This document shows positions 12,410-23,899 of a DNA stretch of 64,000 nucleotides, in pieces. The DNA lies in the NCBI GenBank assembly GCA_013239625.1, contig MU054212.1, positions 5,180,270 to 5,244,269 on the forward strand, in the 5' to 3' direction. The notes under the pieces are model-generated. The model was not told the origin of the DNA. It ran no database searches and saw nothing but the letters and a program-made list of their open reading frames with translations. Positions within the stretch are counted from its first letter, which is position 1. Each line of letters starts with the position of its first letter. A program made the position numbers and the translations under genes. The DNA is from Lama guanicoe (Eukaryota).

Positions 12410-13015
12410 CGTTCAATGTGTCAACAAATCGTTTTAGATCTGTCTTCAAATTTATTCCAAATCTTATTTCTTACCACCTCTGCTGCTAAAATCTTGAATC
12501 CAAAATGCCATAATTTCTCAGTTTGTTGCACTTGCCTCCTAATAGAATTCCTGCTCCTACCTTTTCAACACAAGGCAGTCAAATGATCCTTCTCAATTTT
12601 AGCAGATTATGTAATGCTGGTGGTCCCTCATTTCACACAAAATAAGGGCCAATAGTTTTCCAGTGACCCCAAGGCTCTAAAATAATCTCCAACCTCATTT
12701 CCGCTACTCATCCCCCCTGCTCCACACTGCTTTTCTTGTGGTTCCAGAGAGCACCAGGCCTGCTCTCTTCAGGGCCCCGCACTGAGGTTTTCTCCGTCTG
12801 GCATACTCTCCTCTCAGACAGTAACGTGGCTGATTGCTCACCAGTTGTCTTCGTTCTCACGTCCTTGTCCTGGTGAGGCTTGATCGCCCTATTTCAATGA
12901 CCTCCCACACTCCTAGTTTCCCTCGTGTATCATCTGTCTCCTCCCCTCTTAGGGAAAGGAAAGCCTAGGAGGGCAGGGAGTGCCTGTTTCCACCAAGTGC
13001 TGGTTGAATAAATAA
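12410..13015 (+). mobile_element. L2 LINE 3' end
   Basis: CCACACTGCTTTTCTTGTGGTTCC...CAGGGCCCCGCACTG...TCATCTGTCTCCTCCC...GTTGAATAAATAAA tail. Confidence 0.75.
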
Positions 13016-13399
13016 ACAAGATAGAGTAAATATATTACTTGGATTGTGGCTCTTGTGTTATTTATTTGTTCTTTTAATGCAATGACCAGGGTAGTACTAG
13101 GATTATAGATGACATTCACTAATTATGAAAAGACAGAAGAGAAACATTATTTGAAGACGTTTTCCACATTATTAATATTTACACACAAACTTAAATACTA
13201 ACTGAATGCCCACTCCTTTCTATTAAAAACCAGATCCTTATGGCTAACACTGATGAAAATGCCATTTTTATATTAAGTATAAAGTTATATATCTATATTT
13301 ACCATTTATTTTGCAGTTCATCTCATTGTTATATGCTGTATTTTGAATCACACTGAATTGATAGGGTTAAGCATATTTTTGTGTATGGTTTTTGTATTT

Positions 13400-14104
13400 T
13401 TTAAATCTGGGGTATTTTCTACCACCACCAACCAGTTCTTTCATTCTCCAAACACCAACTGGATGTCTATCCATCCAGTTCAGTTCTCTCACTAACCATC
13501 TGGAGTTAGCATGGACCCCACAGTCCCACGAGGCTTCCTCCTATCCTTCAGATGTCAGTTGCAAGTCTGGACCACCAGCTGTAAATGAGGGTTCCCACTC
13601 CCTGAGCCTCAGATTTGATAATTTGCTAAAACAGCTCACAAAACTCAGAAAACCATTTAGTTATATTTACCAATTTATTATTAAAAATATTTAAAAGGGA
13701 AACAGATAGCCAGATGAAGAGGTACACAGAGTGACATCCGCCAAAATTCCGAGCACAGGAGCTTCTGTCCCTGTGGATTTGGGGTATGCCTCTGTCCTGG
13801 CAGGTGGTCATGTTCACCAAACAGCAAGCTCATCAAATTTCCCTGTTCAAAAATTCTGATAGAGCTTAATCTCTCGCCTCCATTCCCTCTGCAGAAGTCA
13901 GGGTGGGGCTGAAAGCGCCAACCCTAGGAACACCTGATTTTTCTGATGACCAGACATACCCTGAGGCCCCACCATAAGTAGCAAAGTGCAGGTATGTACA
14001 AAAGGAGCTCATTACGCATAACAAAAGACACTCCTATCACTTAGGGTTTTTAGAAGCTCTGTACCTGGAACCTGAGAAAAGACCAAAATATGTATTATAC
14101 TACC
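13400..14104 (-). mobile_element. MER21-family LTR
   Basis: CACCAACTGGATGTC, GATAATTTGCTAAAACAGCTCACAAAACTCAG, CACAGGAGCTTCTGTCCCTGTGGA and AGAAGCTCTGTACCTGGAACC...AAAGACCAAAATATG match the antisense MER21 as I recall it. Confidence 0.8.
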
Positions 14105-14379
14105 TGTTAGACTACCAGGGTTCAACCCCCCCAAATATTCTATTTTTCAATAGATTTGCAACAGATAATTTTTGGAGGCAGAGAACATCAACACCTTATC
14201 ACACAGGTGAAAACTCCCCCCATTAGTAACATTTTTCCCCAAATATTTAGCCAGTAATAACATTATTTATTGGATAAATCCTCCTGTTACTGAGCCTTTT
14301 GAGTTGAGCCGCAACAAGGGTCCTCCTGTCAGTTCAGAAGTAAAGGAGAAGTTTTACTCTTTGATCTCAGAGTGGAGGG

Positions 14380-14568
14380 CGGAGAGACCCCACTCCAGAG
14401 CACAGGCTCGCCCAGAAGGGCTGTGGGCGGGGCTGCTTCATAGGGCTCTGCTTGACGGGAAGGGAGAAGGGGCGGGGCTCCCTTGGGTGGGCGGGGCTGC
14501 GAGGCTCGCTGCTTCCCTGCGCAGCGCCGGGCGCCGCCTCTCTGCGCACGGCCCCTGCCGCCATCTTG

Positions 14569-14605
<37 letters not shown>

Positions 14606-14700
14606 CGGGTCCACAGGAGGGGCCCTGAAGTGCCGCTTTCCCGAGGTGCGTTGTTTGAGGCTTCTGCCCGCCGCGTCCTGTGAGCAGGTGAAACTAGCCT
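14380..14700. promoter_or_regulatory. small CpG-island promoter (plus-strand TSS likely ~14540-14570, possibly bidirectional)
   Basis: The only CpG-dense segment in the window. GC boxes TGGGCGGGGC (14424-14433), GGGGCGGGGC (14469-14478) and TGGGCGGGGC (14488-14497); YY1 motif GCCGCCATCTTG (14557-14568); donors GAG|GTGCGT (14645) and CAG|GTGAAA (14687). Confidence 0.8.
14572..14601 (+). repeat. (GTCGGC)5 hexanucleotide tandem repeat
   Basis: Five perfect GTCGGC units read directly from the sequence. Confidence 0.97.
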
Positions 14701-14769
14701 GGGCACACAGGGGGAAAAAAAGGTTAGTCTATTTTATTACCCACATCCTATTTTCCAAGAATTGTTAAT

Positions 14770-15170
14770 GGGCTTTGCCAGTGAAACTCCATATTTATTT
14801 CAGCTGTTTTATAGCGTTCTATTATTGGATTTTACATTCTGTTCGCTTAACAGGTTTGTCATTTTTTAAGAGAGACCACCTCTCTTTTAATTGCTGTCGT
14901 CTTAGACTATACATTGGTATCTGGTCACTCAGGCTTTTGACATATCTGTTCAAAAATTTGGGCTACTTTCATAAATCGACACTTTCAAATGGACTTTTTT
15001 ATCCCCTTAATTCCAATAAGAACATTTAGAATTTTGATTATAAACGCTTTAAATAACTCTGGGAGGAACTGACAGCTTTACAGTGCTGAACCTTCCTATC
15101 TATGAACAAAGTTTAAGTCCTCTTATCATAAAGTACTGTTTGTTACCTTATGTCTTCCTGAGAAGTTGTT
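14770..15170 (-). mobile_element. old L1 ORF2 fragment
   Basis: GGGAGGAACTGACAGCTTTACAGTGCTGAACCTTCCTATCTATGAACA resembles antisense L1 ORF2. Confidence 0.6.
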
Positions 15171-15569
15171 TTTTTTTTCTCATTTAATGGCTCTGAAGCA
15201 TTTCCTAAATTTCTCCTGTTTGTTCTGTACTCTCTGCTCACGTACTTGATTCTGAAGACACATCCTTCTCACCTTCCATCCAGTTAGAGAAATAGCTGTT
15301 AGCTCAAAAAAGTCATGGACTGTTGTGTCGCCATTGCCCAGTCTTGTGCTTTTTTCTACCAAATGTTATGAATAAATGGCTACGTGATAATGAAACAGGT
15401 TGGAAAGCCCGTCATTCAAATTATACTCTCAGTGTGACAGGTAAAGCTATATAGCACATCCAGTCAACGGAAAAGGCAGGCCTTTCCTTCTTCACCCTTT
15501 AAGGAAAGGATTGAATTTAGCTAATTTAATTTATCTCTTGATAAGAGTTACTAATACTGGTCAAAGTAA

Positions 15570-16612
15570 CGAATATGTAATGTATTGATTGCTTTCTTAA
15601 TTTTATTTTCTGTTTGCTACCGAGTTGAGCATGTTTTCATAGGTTAATAGGCCACTTGGATTTACTCACCTGTGATTTGCTTTTTATTCTTTCTTAATTT
15701 TATTTTCTGTTTGCTACCGAGTTGAGCATGTTTTCATAGGTTAATAGGCCACTTGGATTTACTCACCTGTGATTTGCTTTTTATTCTTTCTGCCAATATT
15801 TTATAAGGTTTTTTGATTTCTTATTATTAATTTATAGGATTTTTTTCTTGAAATCTTTTTTTTTTAATCCTGTAATGTAACTGTGTTCATTTATTTTGCT
15901 GCTTATCTTTTAACTTTACACTGTCTTAGGATATATCTGGTGTACCAGACTGATTTTGATCTACTCAAATGTATTTGTTTAATCCTTTGCCTTAGTGATT
16001 TATGCTTTTATTCTATTATGTAAGAAATGTTTTTATATTAAAGTCATAAAAATATTTCTGCATTTTCTTCTGAGTTTCGTGTAGTTTGGCCCCATATTCC
16101 AGGTTTTTAATTAATTTTAAGTTTTTATTTATTATAATGTGTAGTTGGGAACCATTTATATATATAAATATATATTTCTTTGCAGATAAGCAGTTAAAAT
16201 CTGACAAATAATTCAGTTAATAGTTAAAGCCCATTTCCCAGAGATTTGTCCAAAACCTTTTATTTTTGAATATTGTATCCATAAGATAGGCATCTGTTTC
16301 AGGGCTCTCTGGTCTATATATTCATTTATTTGTCTCTTTCTACATCCATATCAGACTGACTTTGCAATACTTGTTGACATTTGTATCATTAATTTTATGC
16401 CTGAAATGTTCATTAGTAGATTATTTATTTTTCAGGTTTTTAGTTTGTTTTTCTTTGCAATTTGGGGAATTTTACTCCAATTTTTAAAAACTTACCTATC
16501 AACCTGAAAAAAAGAAATCCTACTAGAATTTGATTAAGAATTGTATTGAATTTATAGATTATGTGATGGGGATATTTTTAGGACATTAATTCTTCACAGT
16601 CATGAATAAATA
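15570..16612 (-). mobile_element. old L1 ORF2/3' fragment
   Basis: GTTGAGCATGTTTTCATAGG...GAATTGTATTGAATTTATAGATT...CATGAATA, antisense L1 ORF2. Confidence 0.7.
15592..15791. repeat. perfect 97-bp tandem duplication
   Basis: 15592-15688 is identical to 15689-15785; CTTTCT recurs at 15592, 15689 and 15786. Confidence 0.95.
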
Positions 16613-16619
16613 CTAATAA

Positions 16620-17480
16620 CTCTCAGTATTCATAAATTGAAAGACTTGGTATTAAAATATGTTAGCTCTCATAGGATTAATCTATAAATTCACAGTGATG
16701 TCTATCAAATAACCAGATTTGCAGGAGTGGGAGAGGGAATTCTTTAAAGTGATTCTGAAATGTATGTGTGACTATAAAAAGATCAAGGAAAGCAAAGGCA
16801 GATTTTTCAAAGGAGATCAAAGTTAGAGGATAGACTTTATCAGATAAAAAGATGTATTATAACACTGAATTCATTAAGACAGTGCAGTTTTAGTGTAGGG
16901 AATATCAAAAAGACCAGGGCAGTAGAACAGAGACAGTCTCCTAATTTATGATAAAGAACACACTGAAGTAAATCTACTTCTATATGGATATATACCCCTA
17001 AAATATTTGTGCATATATTTACCAAAATTCATGGGCAAGACTCTTCACAGAACTATTCATAAAAATCACCCCAAATTCCATCCATGGATAAATTGTAATA
17101 TATTCAGATAAAGGAATATATATTAATGAGGATAAGTAAACAACAACTGTCATCAGTAACATGGGTCACTGTCAAAAGCAGTACTCAGTAAAAGAAGTTA
17201 CTAAAAAAGAGTACACGTTGCATGATTCTGTGAAGTTGAAGAACAGAGAAAATGCATCCATGATGTTTGGAATCTGAAGAGTGGTTATCCTTGTGATGGA
17301 GAATTTAGACACTGGAATGAGACATGAGAGGTGCGTCTTAATTGCTAGAAATGCTTGTTTTAGGTGCTTTTTACATAGGTGTGTTCACTTTGTGAATGTT
17401 CTTTTGCCGTCTTTTTCGATCTTTGCATTTTTTTCAATGTGTGTTTTTAATCAGAGTCTAGTCAGGAGACAGTTCATCAA
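16620..17480 (+). mobile_element. old L1 (L1ME-like) ORF2/3' fragment
   Basis: TTAATCTATAAATTCACAGTGATGTCTATCAAAT, AAAGTTAGAGGA, ATTAAGACAGTG, then a 3' UTR with GGTGTGTTCACTTTGTGAA. Confidence 0.7.
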
Positions 17481-17529
17481 TTAATTTAACAAGAATACTT
17501 TACTATTACAAATTGTTTACTTATTAATG

Positions 17530-18044
17530 ACCTAAAAATGCAAGAAAAGAAGAATCCCTCCACAGAATCACAGCAATGGCAACTAGAAGGAGCACTCTCC
17601 CCTTCTATGACTAAAACACAAAGGGAAGGCATTGGCAGTTTTAAGTCACGGAGGATTGAAGGAACGATCTCAAGTTACAAAAACTCAAGACCTTTGGGAA
17701 GAAAGTATTGCTCAGCTCTTGCTGATATTTCTGTACTTGAAGCCAAGGCCTGTGGAACCATGATCTAAACACTAGAGCTGGAAATGCCCCATGGTTGGTG
17801 GTGGTGTCTCTAACCAGCACCAGTAGAATTGCTGTGTGCAGAAATGGACAGGAATAGAACACACAGGGAAGCAAACAGGAAGGAGCATGTCTCTTCCTCC
17901 TTCAGATCTGCAGTCTCCTGCTAGCACTCCTATCGGCAGAGCTACCCGGGAACAGGCAAAGCAAAAGCGGAGTTTGCATCTCTGCCACAGTGTCATGAGT
18001 TTAATGAGTTTAAAGTAAAGAGGCAATAGCTTGACAACTGCCAA
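17530..18044 (-). mobile_element. LTR41-like ERVL LTR
   Basis: Minus strand begins TTGGCAGTTGTCAAGCTATTGCCTCT and contains CTCTGCCGATAGGAGTGCTAGCAGGAGACTGCAG, matching the LTR41 5' end as recalled. Confidence 0.7.
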
Positions 18045-18059
18045 AATGTAATACTTCAA

Positions 18060-19000
18060 CAAAAATCATTCTCCTTCCAAAAAGGAAAAAAAAAAGACTT
18101 TGTACAAGAATTGGAACAAATAATGAGAGATTTTTTTATGTCTATAATATCTAATTGAGACACAAAGCTCGGAAGCCATTAAATGAAGAGCTTATAGTCA
18201 TACATTAGTAAGTTATAAATGCGATAATCAATATAAGCAATTAAAATTTAAGTGATTAACTGAAAAAAAAAGCCATTCATTTTCCAAAAACCTTACTTTA
18301 ATCCTAAAATGTAAATATTAAAAAGACCAATGATCCAATAGGGAAATGTGGGTAAATGTGTGTAAATTATTTGAATTTGCATTTCAACAAAAAGGAAATG
18401 TATATTTCTTTTAAACATATGCACAATGCCAAACTCATTTAAAATTAAAGGTAAATAAATATATGAAATTTAAAATTATACTAAAATTTTATCAGATTTT
18501 TAAAAGTTTGACAAAATACTGTGTTGATAACTATATGGAGACATAGCAATAATATATTCCTGGTGGGAGCATAATTGCAATCTTTCTAAAAATAGCAAAT
18601 TTTCAAGTTGTTTGACTAACATTTCCTCTTCCGGGAACTGATCTGTAGAGATGATGAAATACGTGCAATAGATAAAAGTGACTCATATTTAAAAGTAATT
18701 CATCTTGTCAAAAAAAGAATAAAAATATATTTATAACTGTTAAGGAAAAAATCACTATTGCTAATAAAAAGTTATGCAAAAACAGCATGTATATTATTAT
18801 GCAATTTTTATTTTTAAAAAGAAAATTCATTTATTAATTTACCTGTATTTGTATAGAATATCCCTTAAATTATATTCAAAGAAACCTGATGATAGTCGTT
18901 GCTTTGGGGAGGCAAGGGTAAGTGTTTGGGTTACAGACAGAGTGGGAGACACTTCACTGTATACCTTTACAATATATTCGAAAAAATAAATGAAAATATT
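18060..19000 (+). mobile_element. L1ME-like 3' fragment
   Basis: A-rich, TTTTAAAAGTTTGACAAAATACTGTGTTG...CTGGTGGGAG motifs. Confidence 0.6.
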
Positions 19001-21174
19001 TTACATTGATAATATCCATAGATTGACAGTACTTTCAGTTTCCTCACAGGTCACTCAATTGATTAGAGTCATTTTCATTAATTTCTCCCATCCATGCTTT
19101 ATTCAGAGTCAGGAGAGTAAAAAAATATGGAAAGTAGAATGATATTATTCTTCAGAAACAAATATTAATGTCAAGTCATTTTTCTGCGAAGTATTGATTC
19201 ATGTCATTGCACTGATTTGAAATAGTTTAATACTTCTCCATGAATAGATACTACGTATTTATGTTAATGGTAAATATTTATTAGGTTTCCAGTATCTGAA
19301 TGTATTATTAGTTTTGGTGCATTACATGCTATTGACATTGGTTCCACACTTTTATTTTTACTTGAAGATTTAATTTCAAGTATTGACATTCTTATGTATG
19401 TGAATAATAATAATAATGATAATAGATAGAACAGTAGTAATTTGAAGCTCTGAGAGATTTGTTGAGCTCGTAAAGGAGTGTTATATTTTTCAAGCCAGTT
19501 AGGTTTAGCACAATTAATATTCCAATCTATAAACCATCCTTTTATTCTCCTAATGGCAAATAGAATTGTTATAATTAAGTTAATGATCAGATTTGTAGCT
19601 ACTTCAGCCATCTGTGAATGAGCCACAAACACAGAAATGAGCCCCTAGTAGAGATTTATCTCATTTTGCTTCATACGGGAGCCTCACATCAACTACTGCT
19701 TTCAAAGACTTATGCATAACAATAGTTAAAATGGTATCAGCCCTTAAGTCCTTATCAAATTACAAACAGTGCACTGCATACTTTATAAACAAAGAGCACT
19801 GTCCACTAAATGACTTTGGGAGCACTTGCTGGATCGCCTGGAGAAGAGCTGGTTGGAAAAATGGGGCTTTCCTTTTCAGGAGCAAAGGCTACGTTTGACC
19901 TCAACTCTGAGGGAGAAAGATACCAGTTCTTCAGTCTCCAGGGGCTGCAGCCAGCTCTCCTAATCTTCCCTGAACAGTTTCCAAGATTTTTGTTGTTGTA
20001 GCTGTCTGTTTGCCACCAAGTCCCACAGGTCCACTCCCATGCACTCCCATTATAAACAAAACAAAACAAAACAAAACAACAGTGGAGAGGCTTTTCTCTG
20101 CTGGAGTCATTCTCCAGAATTCTAGACTCACTGTGTGGCCAGCCATGCCCTAGACCATGCACATCTTTCCAAAGGATACCAAGGGAAGGTGTTCTCTTCT
20201 ATGAATCCCTCCTTCAAATGCTGGTATTTCCTTAGAACCTCTTCCTTGACACATTATCTCTTGTAATCATCATAGAGAATTACATTATATATAATAGTCA
20301 CCATCATTCTTATGTACAAATGAAAAAAGTCTTACAAGAAATATATTATTCAAGATCACACATCCAACTACTTATGGTTCATATTTGAACGGAGTTTTGT
20401 CAGAACCTTAATCCTTAAGTAACTTGCATGACTGTTTATGTCATTTCATTGTTGTCATTTGCCTTTTATAAATTGTCAGTTGGTCAGTATTGAACCAGGT
20501 GATAAGGTGATGCTAAGGTACCTAACAAAAATAAACCTTGTAAAACGTTTGGAAACATTGGAAATATATATCCCAAGCTTTATTTCATGGCAGCTCTTCT
20601 AAATATTCTTGTTTAAGCATCATAAACTTTTCATGGAATATATAAAAAAGCTATTGCCGGCTTTTCCACAGGTCTGGAATATTACCAGAATCCTTTAGTA
20701 AGCTAATTTTGCTTTTCTCTGTGGAATGTCTTGACATGTTTACCTTCTTCATTTTGGGTAGTTAGTAAATTGTCCCCCTAGAATCATGGATTATTATGGC
20801 TTTCCTACATTTGACCTCAAGATACTCTCCAGATTATGACATCCAGTATTATACTCCAAAACAAAGATGAAATTTTCCTTGTCATCTACAAAAAACAGTT
20901 TCCGTATGTAATTCTCATCTGTTCAGCCCTCATTCTCTCATCCCTCGAAACTCCACTCATCCTTGGCAGAATAGGATTCAGAGTAATTCTTGATTTATAG
21001 ATCAATGAAATAAGATTGTTTAATCATGGAAAAGCAGAGAGTCATAAAATAGTCCAAATTTTGTATATATATAATGTGTTCCCTTTTATTAAGTATCACA
21101 ATATCCTATCTCACACAGTTATATTGAACAAATTAAGAAACACTGTTTTACTCTTGGGAAATCTCATACTAATT

Positions 21175-21500
21175 ACTAAAAGATCAGTGGTTGCCGGGAG
21201 TTGGGGGTGAGGAGTAGGGATGAAGAGGCAGAGCACAGAGGATTTTGGGGACAGTGAAAATACTCTGTATGATACCATAGCGATGGATATTATACATTCG
21301 TTCAAATCCATACATTGCACACCAAGAGCGAACCCTAATGTAAATTACGGACTTTTAGTTTCACCAGTTGTAGTAAGTGTACCACTTTCATCGGGGATGT
21401 TGGTAACAGGAGGCTAGGCATGTGTGGCAATTGAGGGTATATAGAAATTCAGTTTTGCTATGAACCTAAAACTGCTCTAAAAAATAAATTCTCAATAAAG
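21175..21500 (+). mobile_element. L1MC1-like 3' end
   Basis: AAAAGATCAGTGGTTGCC...AGCACAGAGGATTTT...ACTCTGTATGATAC...GAACCCTAATGTAAATTACGGAC...GAACCTAAAACTGCTCTAAAAAATAAA. Confidence 0.85.
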
Positions 21501-23174
21501 AAAAATATATTTAAGAAGTACAAACATTTCTGAGAATGTATCATAAGGAAATAAATTTGTATAGGTCTATGTATTCAAATATCAGTCTATTCTTAGTTTG
21601 ATCTTAGTCTAAAATCTTTTAGATTATTAAGCAAATTATGATATATTTCCATGAAACACTATCCAGCCTTTAAAAAGAATGATAAAGATGTGTGTATTTG
21701 TAAGACATGGAGTAATGTTACTGCCATGTTTTTCTAAATAATTGGTGAGGTAGGCGGTCTATATATATTATATTTCCTTAAGAAACATATATATATAGAC
21801 AAAACTTGGAAGGTTATACAGCAAGACATGGGATTACAGATTTATTTTGTATTTTAATTTGTGTGCTTAGGAGTCTATTCCATTTCTTCAAAGAACAAAT
21901 ACATTTTGCATAATTAAGTAAATTTTTGAAGAGAACATAAGAAATCACATGTGGCAGGAGTAAATGATTTTTAATTACCTTTGGTAAATGTTAATAATTC
22001 GTTTTCATCTTGTACCTGAGGTTCCCAAACTTAATCATTATATTGCGCGTCAGCCAATTTGAATGTCATGATTGAAATCAGAGGCATTTGTCTTGATATT
22101 TTATATCTGACACTTTACTGATAAAATGATGTGGGAAATACATTACCTTTTATTATAGGTTATAAGATACCAAACACAAAACCCCTATAATCCTGTTGGA
22201 TCAATGTCATGTTATTTCTCTGGATATGGAGATGCCTAATTTCCTTCATACGTGGCTATTAATGCTAAAAAGTTCCAGTAGTTAAATTTTATTTCAAAGA
22301 GCACTGACAATTATCTAAAGGTATATATGAAATGGTATAATCAAGGTTTATTAAACTGTATATTCAACTGATACCTTGAAACAGCGAATATCTTTTTGTT
22401 TTCCTTTAATTATCCTAGAGAAAAAATGAGGGTTTTGAGGCCAGAAACATTTTATTATTTAGAGTGCTGTAACCATCTCTCTCTTTAATATGAGCTCAGA
22501 AGCAAAACAGAACAATAACAGTGAAGCAATAAACAGCTGCCACCTCTGCTTTTTCTCTGCGAATACTTTTCCTGTATGAATTCAAATTTTCTCAGGAAAA
22601 TAGAACAGCGTTTTTCATAATCAATGTGGTTAAAGTGCATCACTGCCATTTAGAGTTGAATTGAGATACTGCAGAAATATTTTTTCTTTAACATAACAAA
22701 AGCAATTTAAAAATCAGAACATCTTCACCATATGATATGAATGGCTAGATAATGGCAGGTTTTATTTTATAAAGTATTACAGTCAGATTGTTGGTGTTGA
22801 CATACACCTCAAATAATCAAGGATAAGCTTTGTTATTTTCCCATTAATATGAGAGTACTGAGAAGAAAAATATGACAGTAGCTACTGTGTATCCTCATTA
22901 AAATTTTTTATTCAGTTTTCAATGTTTATTTTCTTTTCTGGAGTTCGTTTAAAAATGTTTAGTTTGATTGCATCTGTTATTGATGGATATATTTTGGTAT
23001 ATGACAGATTTCACAGAAGTAAGTAAGACATAGCGGCTGATGTAAATATAATCAATTAGGGGAGATGGATCTCTTACCAAATAAATTACAACAGAGTGTG
23101 AGGTGCAGCGGCAGAAGCAGAGTTGAGTGAGTGACTTCCATTGTTTTGGTTTTCTTTTACCTAACTGTATAGTC

Positions 23175-23345
23175 TACTGGTTTTCAAACTTTAACATGTA
23201 GCAGAACAACATGGAGTGTTTTCATTGTAAAAGAAGTTGCTGGGATACCTTCAGAGTTTTTGAGCCTGTTGGTCTAGGACTTTGCATGTTACAAGTTTCC
23301 AGGTGATGCTGTTGGTGCTAGTCTGGGACCATACTCTGAGAATTT
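23175..23345. mobile_element. MER5A (hAT-Charlie MITE)
   Basis: TGGTTTTCAAACTT start, ACAAGTTTCCAGGTGATGCTG...GGGACCATACTCTGAGAA end. Confidence 0.8.
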
Positions 23346-23899
23346 TTTTGAATGTTTAATGCAACCACTCCCAATATGTAATACAATATATAATGTGTAA
23401 TGCAACCACATTCCACCTGTCTATAGAATAGCCTTACAACTTCCTTTTTTGTCTTTTACTTCTATTTTTTTCTTTTTTAAAGAACATTGAGGCAGAGTTC
23501 AGGAAAATTACATTTTAACACCCAGTAAAGATGATATATAGAAAGATATTCCAATCTCCTCACCTTCCTTCTTGTGATTTTCGCAAAAGCTTGGTGAACT
23601 CTATTCAAATTGATAGATAAAAACTCTAATCTGCTTTTGAATCAGGCAAGTTTTAATCACCTTCTATGATAATGACATCAATATAGATAGCTAATTTTCT
23701 TAGCTAAAGTTGATTTAAGTAAAAATGACAACAAAACTAAAGTAAATAAAATTATGCTATATATATATTTTTAAACTCTCACATTGTCAATGTTTCAAAT
23801 CATGAAGAGTTCAGTGAACAATAGACTTAAAGAGATACAACACAGTTAATAGAGTCTAGGACACAGTTTTTACAAATAGAACTTCTTTCTTGTTCCTGT

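Noticed and set aside
14304..14768. 154-aa ORF with poly-Arg, and the overlapping 125-aa minus ORF, as protein-coding genes
   Set aside because: The plus ORF starts at TTG, both owe their length to stop-poor GC-rich DNA, the low-complexity tracts come from the hexamer repeat, and no domain is recognisable
19264..19632. 122-aa hydrophobic minus-strand ORF
   Set aside because: Non-ATG start, composition explained by AT-rich DNA, no splice or homology support
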